64,000 bases of DNA from Promethearchaeota archaeon (GCA_048939995.1 JBHLOY010000002.1:224001-288000), one strand, 5' to 3'; positions 27,695 to 38,515 are shown, counted from the stretch's first letter. A program made the numbers and translations. The notes: generated by a model from the letters alone, not told the origin.

Positions 27695-29935
27695 ATGTCA
27701 GATAATTCTTTTTCATTGATGGATCTGCTTCCCAAATATGTTATTAATTCTAAAGGGGAAAAGAAAAAATTTGAGGAAGAGAATATTGCTAAAATCTTAA
27801 ACAAAGAAACTGGCTTGGATATACATATCGCCGAGAATGTTGCTGAAGATGTGATAAGGAAAATCATTGGTCTTGGGATTGAAGAGATTCGAACTAATTA
27901 TATCCGGGAATTAGTTTGCGTAGAATTAACTCGACGTGGATTAAACAAGCACAGAAATCTATTTGCACGTGCAATTAATTTAGAAAATATCTCATTTAAA
28001 TTAGATGAGAAATTCTTAAAAAAGTACAAAAATAAGCAACCTAATTGGGGCCCACTTGGATATATAACCTATAAAAGAACTTACGCACGAATTATTGAGG
28101 AAGAGAATCGAAAAGAAGAATTTTGGGAAACTATCCGTCGTGTCATTGAAGGATGCTATTCAATACAAAAGGAACATTGTATGAAATTGAGTTTACCTTG
28201 GAGTGATGAGAAAGCGCAGAGATCAGCCCAGAAAATGTTCGAAAAGGTTTGGAATTTCAAGTTCTTACCCCCTGGAAGAGGACTCTGGATGTCAGGAACT
28301 GAATTCGTCCAAAAAAATGGATCTATGTCTTTAAATAATTGTGGATTTGCTTCTACCGAAGACATTAATCGAAAATATTCGAAGGCTTTCGAATTTGTAA
28401 TGGATGCCTTGATGTTAGGTGTAGGCGTTGGATTTGACACTAAAGGAGCAGGTAAAATATTAATAAAAAAACCAAAAGAGGATAATTTTGATTTTCAAAT
28501 ACCAGATAGTAGAGAAGGATGGGTTGAGAGTCTAAGATTAGCTTTAGAAGCATATTTCTTAGGAAAGCAAATCCCAAATTATGATTTTTCACTCATTCGT
28601 CCTGCTGGAGAGCCAATCCGAGGATTTGGGGGTATTGCATCAGGACCAGGGCCGCTAAAAGAAATGTTAGAAGATATCAGAAACGTTTTAGAGAAAAGAA
28701 TCGGAAAACCTATTACTTCGGTTGATATCGTTGATATTATGAATTACATAGGTAAATGTGTCGTTGCTGGGAATGTGCGACGTAGCGCAGAAATTGCATT
28801 AGGTGATCCTACAGATTTAGAATTTGTTACTTGTAAACAAGATGAAAAAGCATTATATTCTCATAGGTGGGCCAGTAATAATAGTGTATTTGCTGTAAAA
28901 GGAATGGATTATTCATTTGTTGCCAATCAGATTGCCGTAAATGGTGAACCGGGTATTTTTTGGCTTGAGAACGCGAGGGACTATTCAAGGATGGGAGATT
29001 CTCCTGATTTCAAAGATAAGCAAGCCGCAGGAGTTAATCCATGCGGAGAACAAACTCTTGAATCATTTGAACTTTGTTGTTTGGTAGAAACTTTTCCTTC
29101 TAATCACGAAACTTATGAGGAATTCCAAGAAACATTGAAGTATGCCTATCTTTATGGAAAATCTGTTACATTGGTGAATACGCATTGGCCTGAAACGAAT
29201 GCAGTAATGCTTAAGAATAGACGAATGGGAATCTCCCAAACGGGTATAGCTGAAGCTTTTGTAAAACATGGGAGGCGGAAAGTGATTGAATGGTCTGATC
29301 GAGCTTATAAATATCTACGAGAATTAGATGAAGAATATTCGAATTGGCTTTGCATTCCCAAAAGCCTTAAGATTACTACTATTAAGCCCAGTGGCACCGT
29401 TAGCCTATTACCAGGTGTTACCCCAGGTATTCATTATCCTCATTCAGAATATTATATTCGGAGAATCAGATTATCAAAAAATTCTGATTTAATAGAACAA
29501 ATTCGCAATGCTGGATATCATATTGAAGAAGATCTATATTCTCCCAATACCGTAGTTGCAGAATTCCCTATCAAAGAGAAATATTATGACAGATCAAAAA
29601 AAGAAGTTTCAATCTGGGAACAAGTAGCTAATGCAATCGATTATCAATCAAAGTGGTCGGATAATCAAGTATCTATTACAGTTACATTTAATCCTGAAGA
29701 AAAAGAAGAAATAAAACGGGTTTTAGAGTTTTGTGAAGATAAGTTGAAAAGTGTAAGTTTTTTACCATTAGAAGAGCATGGTTATAAACAAGCTCCTTAT
29801 GAGGAAATCACTAAAGAACAATATAAAGAAAGAACTTCCAAAATAACTCCTTTGAACCTTAATGATACAAGAGACAGAGCCATTGGTGAGAAATTTTGTG
29901 ATTCTGAGACATGTGAAGTAAGGTTTGATTTATAA
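27695..29935 (+). CDS. nrdJ: Adenosylcobalamin-dependent (class II) ribonucleoside-triphosphate reductase with N-terminal ATP cone
   Basis: YKRTYAR, PPGRGLW, SLNNC, GNVRRSAEI, NPCGEQ, TIKPSGTVSLL, C-terminal CDSETC; N-terminus VINSKGEKKKF..IRELVCVEL; GGAGG RBS. Confidence 0.93.
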   Translation: MSDNSFSLMDLLPKYVINSKGEKKKFEEENIAKILNKETGLDIHIAENVAEDVIRKIIGLGIEEIRTNYIRELVCVELTRRGLNKHRNLFARAINLENISFKLDEKFLKKYKNKQPNWGPLGYITYKRTYARIIEEENRKEEFWETIRRVIEGCYSIQKEHCMKLSLPWSDEKAQRSAQKMFEKVWNFKFLPPGRGLWMSGTEFVQKNGSMSLNNCGFASTEDINRKYSKAFEFVMDALMLGVGVGFDTKGAGKILIKKPKEDNFDFQIPDSREGWVESLRLALEAYFLGKQIPNYDFSLIRPAGEPIRGFGGIASGPGPLKEMLEDIRNVLEKRIGKPITSVDIVDIMNYIGKCVVAGNVRRSAEIALGDPTDLEFVTCKQDEKALYSHRWASNNSVFAVKGMDYSFVANQIAVNGEPGIFWLENARDYSRMGDSPDFKDKQAAGVNPCGEQTLESFELCCLVETFPSNHETYEEFQETLKYAYLYGKSVTLVNTHWPETNAVMLKNRRMGISQTGIAEAFVKHGRRKVIEWSDRAYKYLRELDEEYSNWLCIPKSLKITTIKPSGTVSLLPGVTPGIHYPHSEYYIRRIRLSKNSDLIEQIRNAGYHIEEDLYSPNTVVAEFPIKEKYYDRSKKEVSIWEQVANAIDYQSKWSDNQVSITVTFNPEEKEEIKRVLEFCEDKLKSVSFLPLEEHGYKQAPYEEITKEQYKERTSKITPLNLNDTRDRAIGEKFCDSETCEVRFDL

Positions 29936-30031
29936 TCTAGATTTTAATAAAAAAAAAGTTATTAATAAGGAAAAAAAGATTAAAATTCTTCCTTCTCAAA
30001 GCGTATCATGCCCAAAAAAATATAAACTGAA

Positions 30032-30478
30032 TTAAATATATCTCGGTTTGTCTTTAGTTTCATTATAATAAGATTCAACTCCTATCTCTTTCATTCTATT
30101 ATTCATTTTTAGCCATCTTCGTTTAAGGTGTGGATCAAAATTAGTCTTGTCGCATGGAAATTCATCGCATTGAAAACAAAAATCAACCCTTTTCTCCTTA
30201 GAACAATCTTTAACTTGACAATCGGGGTAAATACAAGTTCCTTTTCTACAGCCATTGCAATTTTCTTTCGTGAAATAGGAAAGCAATTCTTTAAAAGAAG
30301 GATAATGTTTAAAGATGGGAAGAAAAGAAGAAAATCTTTCAGCATATACATCAAAAGAACCTAGTAAATTCAGAAGGGATGTGCTATTTTTCCGTATTTC
30401 TCCATTAGAATGAGCATAACATTTGTAGCAATTAAGCCCGCAAGGAGCAAGTCTTTCTAAAATTTCCTCATATTTCAT
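30032..30478 (-). CDS. Cys-rich DUF3795-like protein
   Basis: APCGLNCYKC, CNGCR, C..KDC, FCFQCDEFPC. Confidence 0.78.
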   Translation of the reverse strand: MKYEEILERLAPCGLNCYKCYAHSNGEIRKNSTSLLNLLGSFDVYAERFSSFLPIFKHYPSFKELLSYFTKENCNGCRKGTCIYPDCQVKDCSKEKRVDFCFQCDEFPCDKTNFDPHLKRRWLKMNNRMKEIGVESYYNETKDKPRYI

Positions 30479-30660
30479 AGTTTATTCCTCATTTCTATTT
30501 TTTAATTATCAATATATAATTAATGATTAATTAAAATTATAAATTGGAAAAAACTTCTTCTGATTAATAAGAATTTAAAGTAAAAATTAAAAACTATCCA
30601 AGAAATGTAATTTTTATTAATTAAGAATTTTATAAATTATGTTAAAATGAGTGATTTTTA

Positions 30661-31596
30661 ATGTCTGAAGAAGATCCAGTTGAAGAATTAGAACAATTGG
30701 CAGAAGAAAAAGAAGTAAGAGCTAAGCCAAGGACTACTCCAACAAAGAAAAAGGCAAAGAAGAAAACAACCACTCCTACAACAGCTGAAGGAGAAGTGAA
30801 AGCTACTAAACAAATTGTATTTAAGAAGATGCTTGTTAATTTTTGGCGTACTCGCCTTCATGATGAAGAACTAGGAGTCCATCAACAGTTGAAGTATCAA
30901 GCAAAAACTAGATGGTATTCCAAGAATTTTGATATGGAAGGTGATATTGAAGAGGATAATGAAAAGAAATATATAATAGCTTTTAGTAAAGAGCAATGGG
31001 AAGAATCTCCTTTAGAAGAGAAACGATTAGTTTGCCGCTTCTTTACAACTATGGAAGAATCATTGGAAAGTCGACCTAAAGGGGGAACTTTCAGGGGAGG
31101 CATTGAATTAAGTATTGCACATTCATTAATACAAAGCTATGAGATAAAACATGCTGCTCCTGTTTTTATAATGCAAATCCCTGGAACGATTAATTTAGTG
31201 AGATTAGTAAGAGGTTGGAGATTAATTGGAACCCGTTGGTCATTTCCTCTTTTACCCGAAGAAAAAGGCGATGAACTTCAAATAGTACGTGCAAGAGGTG
31301 TTGTCGGACCAGGCAGAAACTACAAAATCTACATAGGGAAAAAATTGATTGCTAGAATTGATGGTCATCCAATACAAAAAGAATTTGAAATCGAAATCTA
31401 TGATGAAGATTATGCAAAAGATAAAACCTTTCGTACTTATATGATTTTATTCGGGTGTGCTTGTAATTTTATGGACGGTGCTGATAAAATCATTAAAAGA
31501 CTTTATAAAAAGATGAAAAACACAGGAAGTAGCACCTATAAGCCTCCTAAGAACGAATTAGATCTTTTTAGGAATCCAAGAATGATGCGCAGATAA
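30661..31596 (+). CDS. Hypothetical protein, possibly Tubby-C/LURP-one/scramblase-like fold
   Basis: Low-complexity N-terminus; beta-rich core ending NYKIYIG..IARID...FEIEI and a hydrophobic terminal helix. Confidence 0.55.
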   Translation: MSEEDPVEELEQLAEEKEVRAKPRTTPTKKKAKKKTTTPTTAEGEVKATKQIVFKKMLVNFWRTRLHDEELGVHQQLKYQAKTRWYSKNFDMEGDIEEDNEKKYIIAFSKEQWEESPLEEKRLVCRFFTTMEESLESRPKGGTFRGGIELSIAHSLIQSYEIKHAAPVFIMQIPGTINLVRLVRGWRLIGTRWSFPLLPEEKGDELQIVRARGVVGPGRNYKIYIGKKLIARIDGHPIQKEFEIEIYDEDYAKDKTFRTYMILFGCACNFMDGADKIIKRLYKKMKNTGSSTYKPPKNELDLFRNPRMMRR

Positions 31597-31644
31597 AATA
31601 TATTGACAAATTATAAAAAAATTTTTATTTTTTATATTTAAAAT

Positions 31645-32415
31645 TTAAGGTACATACTTTTTCTTCCATGCCTTATACCCTTTTGTTTCTTTTCCTCGAT
31701 AAATAGCAATTTTTCCGGTTTCTTTTTCATATGTTTTCTGTAAGGTCTCCTCGTCAGCATCTCTTAATTCTTCACGTTTAATTTCTTCTTCAATTTCATA
31801 TTCTTCCTCTATTCTTTTGACCCTCTTCAATACGGCATAAACGGCATGATTCCAAAGAGCGAAACCTATATATACTAAACCTACAATTATCAGAAGTATT
31901 ATACCAATAAGCAAAACCCATTCTCCCCAATTAAAATTAATAATAACAAATACCCATAATTCTCCAATCCAATTCCACAGGAATGAAGGTATAATGACAA
32001 CAATTAGGGTTATGATAAAAATATAGACACTTACTAAAGTGACTGCTAAAAGTAACCGTAAAGTTGTATAATCTTCGTATTTCTTAGCCAATACTCGGTC
32101 TTTAAATAATCTCTGACATAGTTTTAATATTCCTCCTCGAAACAGGATATAAAATAATACTAAAAGAAATAAATGACCTACTACAATACCTATAATGATG
32201 AGTGCGATTGCACCTGGACCCCAACTTACTATAATATCCCATCTTCCCGTTTCAATTAACCAACCAATAATCGTTAGCCAAATTCCAAGTATCGAAACCG
32301 CAGCTCCTATTATAAGAGCATAGTAGATTGTCTTAGCTATGCGTAAGTCCCAAGTACTATATTCGTCTAAGGGATCTGGTTCTCTAGTTGGTGCTTTTCT
32401 TGGTTTTCTTGGCAT
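31645..32415 (-). CDS. Hypothetical multi-pass membrane protein
   Basis: About four TM segments and a charged C-terminal tail. Confidence 0.75.
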   Translation of the reverse strand: MPRKPRKAPTREPDPLDEYSTWDLRIAKTIYYALIIGAAVSILGIWLTIIGWLIETGRWDIIVSWGPGAIALIIIGIVVGHLFLLVLFYILFRGGILKLCQRLFKDRVLAKKYEDYTTLRLLLAVTLVSVYIFIITLIVVIIPSFLWNWIGELWVFVIINFNWGEWVLLIGIILLIIVGLVYIGFALWNHAVYAVLKRVKRIEEEYEIEEEIKREELRDADEETLQKTYEKETGKIAIYRGKETKGYKAWKKKYVP

Positions 32416-32528
32416 ATTTATCTCAACTCAAATTAATTTAAAATAATTAGATTAGAATCAAATTATATAATTTTATATTTTAGGTTATTTGAATATTTTT
32501 CCTATTTATATATTATAGGTTTGATAAC

Positions 32529-33008
32529 TTATTCTTTTTCATACGGTGCTTTTAATGTACTGTGGCAATAAGGACATTTGATATCATCAGGAGAAATATC
32601 TTCACCACAATACGGACAAAAGGTTTTATCGAGAGGAACCTCTTCTTTACCCTCTTCTTGAATTTGAACTTTTCCCTCTTTTTTTCGTGGTTTTATTTCT
32701 TTTCCCGCCTTCTTAAGGATTTTTTCTTTTGGTGTTGAAGGTATTGCTTCTTCCTCCTCTCCTACTTTCTCAACTGGTTCTTTTGAAAATTTTAATCGAG
32801 ATAAACATATCGGGCAATAATTTTTAGGTCTATTTAGATAATAAATCGCAAAAATAAGTGCGGCTATTCCTAAGGTACCCACAATTAAAATGATCCAAAT
32901 TATTTTTTGAAAGGTTTCTAGTGGTTTTCTTGTAGGATTAGTTACTTCCTTTTTACAAACAGAGCAGTATGCATATTGTGTCATAATAGATCCACAAATT
33001 AGTTTCAA
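32529..33008 (-). CDS. LITAF-like zinc ribbon (CxxC-hydrophobic-CxxC) plus C-terminal zinc ribbon; likely start 32984
   Basis: YCSVC...IIWIILIVGTLGIAALIFAIYYL...YCPIC; FCPYCG...CPYC. Confidence 0.65.
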   Translation of the reverse strand: MKLICGSIMTQYAYCSVCKKEVTNPTRKPLETFQKIIWIILIVGTLGIAALIFAIYYLNRPKNYCPICLSRLKFSKEPVEKVGEEEEAIPSTPKEKILKKAGKEIKPRKKEGKVQIQEEGKEEVPLDKTFCPYCGEDISPDDIKCPYCHSTLKAPYEKE

Positions 33009-33106
33009 TTTAACTTAAATAATAGAATATTTTAATTAAAAAAGCCTTTTAAACCTATAATATGGTTTTTAAATTAAATAATTTACACTTTTGAATTGGA
33101 AGCAAT

Positions 33107-34420
33107 TTGGAAAATAATACATTTTATATTGAAACTTATGGTTGTACTTCAAATAAAGCCGACTCATATATAATTTCAAATGTGTTAAAAGAATCAAATT
33201 TCAAACAAGCATCTTTAGATGAAGCTAGGTTCATTATTGTTAATACTTGTGGTGTAAAACAACAGACAGAAAATAAGATAAAGAATCGCTTAAAATTTTT
33301 ATATAATAACTTTAAACTAGGTAGTGATAAATATTTAATAATTACTGGATGCCTTCCTTTTATAGCCGAGTCCTATCTAAAAGTAATCGGAAATATTGTG
33401 CCAAATTTCTCTGCTATCCTTGATTTAGATAGTATTCATGAAATTCCCAAAATTTTAAATCAAATTAATAAGGGCGGTAAAAATTTAATTATTAAATCAC
33501 AACAATCGATTGAAAAAGTGAAATACTTTTTCAATTATCCCGTTGGTAAAATAACTGGTATCGTTCCTATTTCTGAAGGTTGCTTAGGCGCTTGTACTTA
33601 TTGTTGCGTTAAAAATGCTAGAGGAAAGCTTAATTGTTATAACCCTAAAACGATTATTGATAATCTCGAGCATCAATTAAAGCAGGGAATAAAACAGATC
33701 TATTTAACATCGCAGGATTGCAGTACCTATCAATACAATAGTACTCAATTAGTTGATTTAGTTAAAAATATTATAGAATTGGACTTTAAATTTTTTTTAA
33801 GAATTGGTATGCTGAATCCACAATTTCTTAATGAAAATGTGAACCAACTATTTTCAATCTATGCTTTTGACAAAGTCTATCACTTTTTACACATCCCTAT
33901 TCAATCTGGGAGTGATAGTGTACTTAAAGGAATGAAAAGGCCCTATAAAATCGCAGGAATAACTGAAAAAATAAATTTATTACGAAATCATTTCCCATCA
34001 CTTACAATCTCTACAGATATCATCTGTGGTTTTCCGGGGGAGACAGAAGACGATTTTAAAAAAGCAATTGATTTAATAAAATGGTTAAAGCCGGAAATAT
34101 TAAATATTTCTAAATTTACTCCCCGTCCAGGGACTAAAGCAAAAACTATGAAGCAAGTCAATAGTAGGGTAATTAAGGAGCGCTCCATGAAATTGTCTAA
34201 AATATTTCGAGAAAGTTTGATTGATATCAATAAAGAGTGGATAGATTGGGAGGGTGAAGTGTTAATCCTTCATAAAGGTGATACAAAAAATCAGGCATTT
34301 GGTCGGAATTTTGCGTATAAAAATGTTTTTGTTAATGATTTTAAAGGTAATTTTGGGAATTTCTATGACGTTAGAGTTTATAAAGTTAAGGGATTTAACT
34401 TATACGCTAATTTAGTATAA
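33107..34420 (+). CDS. tRNA methylthiotransferase, archaeal MiaB-like (e-MtaB/CDKAL1-type)
   Basis: ETYGC, NTCGVK, GCLP, SEGCLGACTYC, HIPIQSGS, TDIICGFPGET, RPGT, TRAM-like C-terminus. Confidence 0.9.
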   Translation: MENNTFYIETYGCTSNKADSYIISNVLKESNFKQASLDEARFIIVNTCGVKQQTENKIKNRLKFLYNNFKLGSDKYLIITGCLPFIAESYLKVIGNIVPNFSAILDLDSIHEIPKILNQINKGGKNLIIKSQQSIEKVKYFFNYPVGKITGIVPISEGCLGACTYCCVKNARGKLNCYNPKTIIDNLEHQLKQGIKQIYLTSQDCSTYQYNSTQLVDLVKNIIELDFKFFLRIGMLNPQFLNENVNQLFSIYAFDKVYHFLHIPIQSGSDSVLKGMKRPYKIAGITEKINLLRNHFPSLTISTDIICGFPGETEDDFKKAIDLIKWLKPEILNISKFTPRPGTKAKTMKQVNSRVIKERSMKLSKIFRESLIDINKEWIDWEGEVLILHKGDTKNQAFGRNFAYKNVFVNDFKGNFGNFYDVRVYKVKGFNLYANLV

Positions 34421-34936
34421 TTTGAGACCCTAACGGAAATTATCTCGATTTTTATAGTTTTAATGTAAACTTTAGTAGCTTTAAAATATTAGTTTTAAAC
34501 AATTTCTTATTTGAATAAATGATTTTTAAAAAAAATAAATATGTATAAAAATTAACTACCCAAAAAAGAAAAAAATAAATATGATATATGGAAATTGATC
34601 CTTAAATATTAAAGGTTTCAAATCTGATGTGCATGAGTAATGAGTATCCCTATATTTAAAGCAAGAATTTTTAGAATTAAAGTAAAAGCATCAAAAAAGA
34701 GGATATTATTCCCTATAGCAATTATGCTAATTTTTGCGTTAGTCATTATTAGAATTCTATTAATTATCATAATCAATGTTTGTTATAAAGTTCAAAAATC
34801 TTTATCAAAATTATTTTATGAATAAGATCCCACTATTCGAATTCGATTCGAAAAATATCCTTAAATAATGATTTAAGTGAAATTAGATTTCATAAAAAAG
34901 CATTTACCCTTAGGATAAATTTAAAAAATAGATTAC

Positions 34937-35827
34937 TTATTTTAAACCATATTTTTCAAGGAAGCTGGTTAATCTACTTCTATGAAACTTTAATCCCAGC
35001 TCATCGGCAGGAAATCCAAATGCTAATGCCATTAATTCTGTGAGGTATAAAATCGGTATATCGAAACTTTTATTCGCTTGTGTTCCAGCTTTTTTCTGAT
35101 TTGTATCCATCTGTTGAAAACAAGCAGGGCACACAACAACAAAAGCCTCAGCACCAGCATTAATCGCACTAGAAAATTTATTTGCTAATATTGTCATTGA
35201 AGGTTCTTCTTCTGTATTCCCAACTCCTGATCCACAGCAGAGCATTTCTTCTTGATAATCGACTGGTATTGCTCCTGTCGCTGCTACAAGTTCTCTTAAT
35301 TTTACCGGTTCCATTGGGTCGTCTGTTTGCATAATCTCAGAAGGACGATTATAGTGACATCCAGTATGGCATGCAACTTTTAAAGCTGAAAAGTCAACTT
35401 TTATATTTTCTTTTATTTTTTCTGCCCCAAGCTCATGTAACACTTCTACGAAATGTTTAATCTTAATAGAACCAACGAATTCACGATTGATTGACTTCAA
35501 AATTTCATTTATTTTACTCTTTTCATGAGAATCATGTTTTAATTCATGATTTACCGCTTTTAGAGTCTGAAAACATCCATTGCATAAAGAGACGATGTCC
35601 TTATTTTCTTCTTCCGCAATTGTAAGGTTTCTTGCTCCCATTGCCAACCAACTTGTATGATCTACTGCGTGAAACCCAACTGGATCAGGACAACAGGCAA
35701 ATGGAGCATCAGATGCCTTAATTCCAAGAGTATCAAAAACTTTTCGGGCAGAAGCTTCTATAAAGGGGATACGATTACCTATAGTACAGCCTTGGAAAAT
35801 TTTATATTCTCCTTCTGCTTTAGCCAT
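34937..35827 (-). CDS. hdrB: Heterodisulfide reductase subunit B
   Basis: FQGC, CCPDP, ARNL, CNGC, HTGCH, CCGSG, CPACFQQMD (two CCG domains). Confidence 0.9.
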   Translation of the reverse strand: MAKAEGEYKIFQGCTIGNRIPFIEASARKVFDTLGIKASDAPFACCPDPVGFHAVDHTSWLAMGARNLTIAEEENKDIVSLCNGCFQTLKAVNHELKHDSHEKSKINEILKSINREFVGSIKIKHFVEVLHELGAEKIKENIKVDFSALKVACHTGCHYNRPSEIMQTDDPMEPVKLRELVAATGAIPVDYQEEMLCCGSGVGNTEEEPSMTILANKFSSAINAGAEAFVVVCPACFQQMDTNQKKAGTQANKSFDIPILYLTELMALAFGFPADELGLKFHRSRLTSFLEKYGLK

Positions 35828-35970
35828 AATAATATTCTCTTTTATTCTTTATTATAATATATATGGTTTAATAATAAATCAATTAAAAGATTTGCTAAAT
35901 TGAGTAATAAGGTATTTCTGTCATTTTAATAAAGTAAAAAGTAAATAAAAAATATTAAAAATAATAAGAA

Positions 35971-36597
35971 TTAATCAAAGATTTTTCCACAATTGCTACA
36001 AAAATTCGCAAATACGGGTAATTCTGTTCCACATTCAGGGCAATGCTTTTTTTCTAACGGTTGTGATTCTTCAAATACAACTTCTTGTTCAGGTTCTATT
36101 GCTCCTACTTCTTCTTCTTTTTTCTCTCTTATATCCTTTTTAGTTCTCACTTTTCTGACAGATAAACGTCCTATAATTGCAATTACTACTCCTACAAAAG
36201 ATAAACCAGTCCCGTAGTTAAATTGACTATATAGAGTATTTAAGTAACCTAAGATTGTTGGATCGGTTATTATTCCGGTAGCATTTACTATATGTGTAAT
36301 AATCCAGACTATTAAAGCTAGGGTTCCAAAAGCCAATCCGATCCATATTATAAATTTGCCAAATCTTACCGCGCCTAAAATAACGAATATTGCACCCACA
36401 ATGACTGCAAATCCTCCTAAATCTGCAATCCATCTAAAAATGTTAAAAATATAGCTGAATAATACTTGATAATCTGGCCATTGGTCTTTAGCTAACTCAT
36501 AGAGAAATTCAAAGACTCCTATGCTACCAACTGTTGAACTATAAATCATTATAGCCCCACCGATTACTAATAAAATAAATCCTACTTTATGTTTCAT
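35971..36597 (-). CDS. Membrane protein with C-terminal zinc ribbon
   Basis: Four TM segments; CPECG...FCSNCG. Confidence 0.8.
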   Translation of the reverse strand: MKHKVGFILLVIGGAIMIYSSTVGSIGVFEFLYELAKDQWPDYQVLFSYIFNIFRWIADLGGFAVIVGAIFVILGAVRFGKFIIWIGLAFGTLALIVWIITHIVNATGIITDPTILGYLNTLYSQFNYGTGLSFVGVVIAIIGRLSVRKVRTKKDIREKKEEEVGAIEPEQEVVFEESQPLEKKHCPECGTELPVFANFCSNCGKIFD

Positions 36598-36735
36598 TTG
36601 ATTTATTCCTCACAAAAGATTATATTATTAAAGTGATCTAAAAAAATTATTACCTTTATTTGTTTATAATTTTTTTTGAAAGTTTCATATAACCTTGATT
36701 CATTAAAAATAATAAAAATTATTAATAGGATTAAA

Positions 36736-37548
36736 CTAAATGATTTCAACTCTTTCTGGATGAGAATAAATATTCATTCTCCCTCCTCTTACAAATCCAA
36801 TCAATGTAATTCCGTAAGCGAATGCTAATCTAATTCCTGATTCTATTGCTGCTGATAGAGAAGCCACTATAGGAATCCTCGCCCTTATAGCCTTTAGTAC
36901 AGAATCGCCTGTCAATCTTCCCGTAGTTGTAAGGAATATGTTCTCAAATCCATGGTTTTTTATAACCATCTCTCCTATAACCTTATCAATTGCATTATGG
37001 CGCCCTATATCCTCTTTCACACTAAGAATATTTCCTTGGTAATCAAACAGAGCGGCTCCGTGGCAGCCTCCAGTCTCTCTAAATAACTCAGTTTTAGTTT
37101 GCATCTTAATTATGGAATTAAAAATTACTTCAGAAGAAAGCTTCTTAGTTTTACTTGAAGTAATTGCTTCTTTTGACTTTTCAAGAGTTTCTTTTATATA
37201 TTTTCTCCATGGAGATGGAATCCCACATGTTGTATCAATAACCCTGCTTACAGGGTCCATCTCAAATTTGTCTAAATCAAAATTTATTGAATCAATTAGA
37301 TCAATATTAATATTCCCTTCTAATTCATTTACTTCTAAGGTTTTTACATCATTATAATTGTTAATTATCCCTATTGAGAAAGCAAAACCAATAGCTAATT
37401 CCTCTAAACTTTCAGGTAAACAGACAACATTAACTAATGGATTTGAATTTATATAGATATCAATTGGTGTCTCAATTAAAACAGTGTCGTTCTCATCAAT
37501 TTTCTCTTTTTTATTGATTCTTGTGATATTTACTTTCCTTTTATACAA
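36736..37548 (-). CDS. fdhD: Formate dehydrogenase accessory sulfurtransferase
   Basis: TTCG, TGGCHGAAL, EDIGRHNAIDKVIG, TGR, TLIGFVRG. Confidence 0.93.
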   Translation of the reverse strand: MYKRKVNITRINKKEKIDENDTVLIETPIDIYINSNPLVNVVCLPESLEELAIGFAFSIGIINNYNDVKTLEVNELEGNINIDLIDSINFDLDKFEMDPVSRVIDTTCGIPSPWRKYIKETLEKSKEAITSSKTKKLSSEVIFNSIIKMQTKTELFRETGGCHGAALFDYQGNILSVKEDIGRHNAIDKVIGEMVIKNHGFENIFLTTTGRLTGDSVLKAIRARIPIVASLSAAIESGIRLAFAYGITLIGFVRGGRMNIYSHPERVEII

Positions 37549-37663
37549 TGTAATTACCTAAAGGGATATTCCAGAAATGAAAATTTTATTTATTAAATAA
37601 TGAAGTTGTCTTAAAATTAATAATCTTTATAAAAAAAGAATAGACTCAAAATAATAATAAATA

Positions 37664-38515
37664 TTAGGCTGCTACATAGAGTCTCCCATTTGTGCCTAAT
37701 TTTACCTTTCCGGTATTTTTATCTTTTACCGAATGATTTTTCTTGACTGAATGGTCTCCACTATATTCAATGAATTTACCTTTGAGTTTTTCGCCATTTG
37801 GTAACTCAATTTCGTTAATTTCACCTAATTTCTTGAATGAAGGCAAAATCTTTGAGATTTTACCCTTGACAACGATACTTCCTTGAATTTGATCCGCTCC
37901 AGCACAGCGATCCACATTCCCGTTAACAATAATAGTGGCACCATGATTATGAATACCTAAAAAAGAACCTGCTGCACCACATATAAGTGTTGGAAATCTT
38001 TTAGCAGCGATTGATGATCTTGCCCATGATAAAGCTTCATTTCCAATTTTTCCTTTTACTTTAATCGTACCATTTTTCATTCCCTGCCAAAAACCTCGGT
38101 ATGCAGCTCCAACATAATGGCCAGCATTACCATTTATTTCTAATTCTCCTCCTCGAAGCATAGCACCCGCCCAATCATCTGTATCACCATTAACAATTAT
38201 TTTCCCTCCTTCCATTTGGTTACCAACATGCATTCCAACATTTCCATTAATTATAATTTCTCCATCAGTCATTTTCTCTCCAATACGTTTGACATTGGAT
38301 AAATCACCTTCGATAATGATTTTTGTATCTTTAATGTCAGATGATTTTCCAGTGACATCGAAAAAATCTCCTAATTTAACAATCTCCTTTCCAAGGAATA
38401 ATTCTAATTTTTTTATTTCTGCAACTGTCTTTCCTACAAAGTTGTCTGGTGTTATTGCATCTGCTTCTAATGGAATTGTTGGTTGCTTTTTTAACTTGAG
38501 TTTGATTTCTGCCAT
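37664..38515 (-). CDS. fwdC: Formylmethanofuran dehydrogenase subunit C
   Basis: PLEADAITPD, GXGXG-type repeats (IGEKMTDGEIIINGNVGMHVG), GAAYRG. Confidence 0.92.
   Translation of the reverse strand: MAEIKLKLKKQPTIPLEADAITPDNFVGKTVAEIKKLELFLGKEIVKLGDFFDVTGKSSDIKDTKIIIEGDLSNVKRIGEKMTDGEIIINGNVGMHVGNQMEGGKIIVNGDTDDWAGAMLRGGELEINGNAGHYVGAAYRGFWQGMKNGTIKVKGKIGNEALSWARSSIAAKRFPTLICGAAGSFLGIHNHGATIIVNGNVDRCAGADQIQGSIVVKGKISKILPSFKKLGEINEIELPNGEKLKGKFIEYSGDHSVKKNHSVKDKNTGKVKLGTNGRLYVAA

Noticed and set aside
27695-29935. Intein or intron in the RNR
   Set aside because: Length and motif spacing leave no room; no splicing motifs seen
34421-34936. ~500-bp gap containing a 61-aa ORF (34640..34825) and TTCGAATTCGATTCGAA near 34836
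   Set aside because: The ORF is low-complexity with no support; the TTCGAA hexamers are 5 bp apart rather than 13 and lack TCTAAAAAT; no tRNA or C/D-box pattern recognised. An ncRNA cannot be excluded without a covariance search
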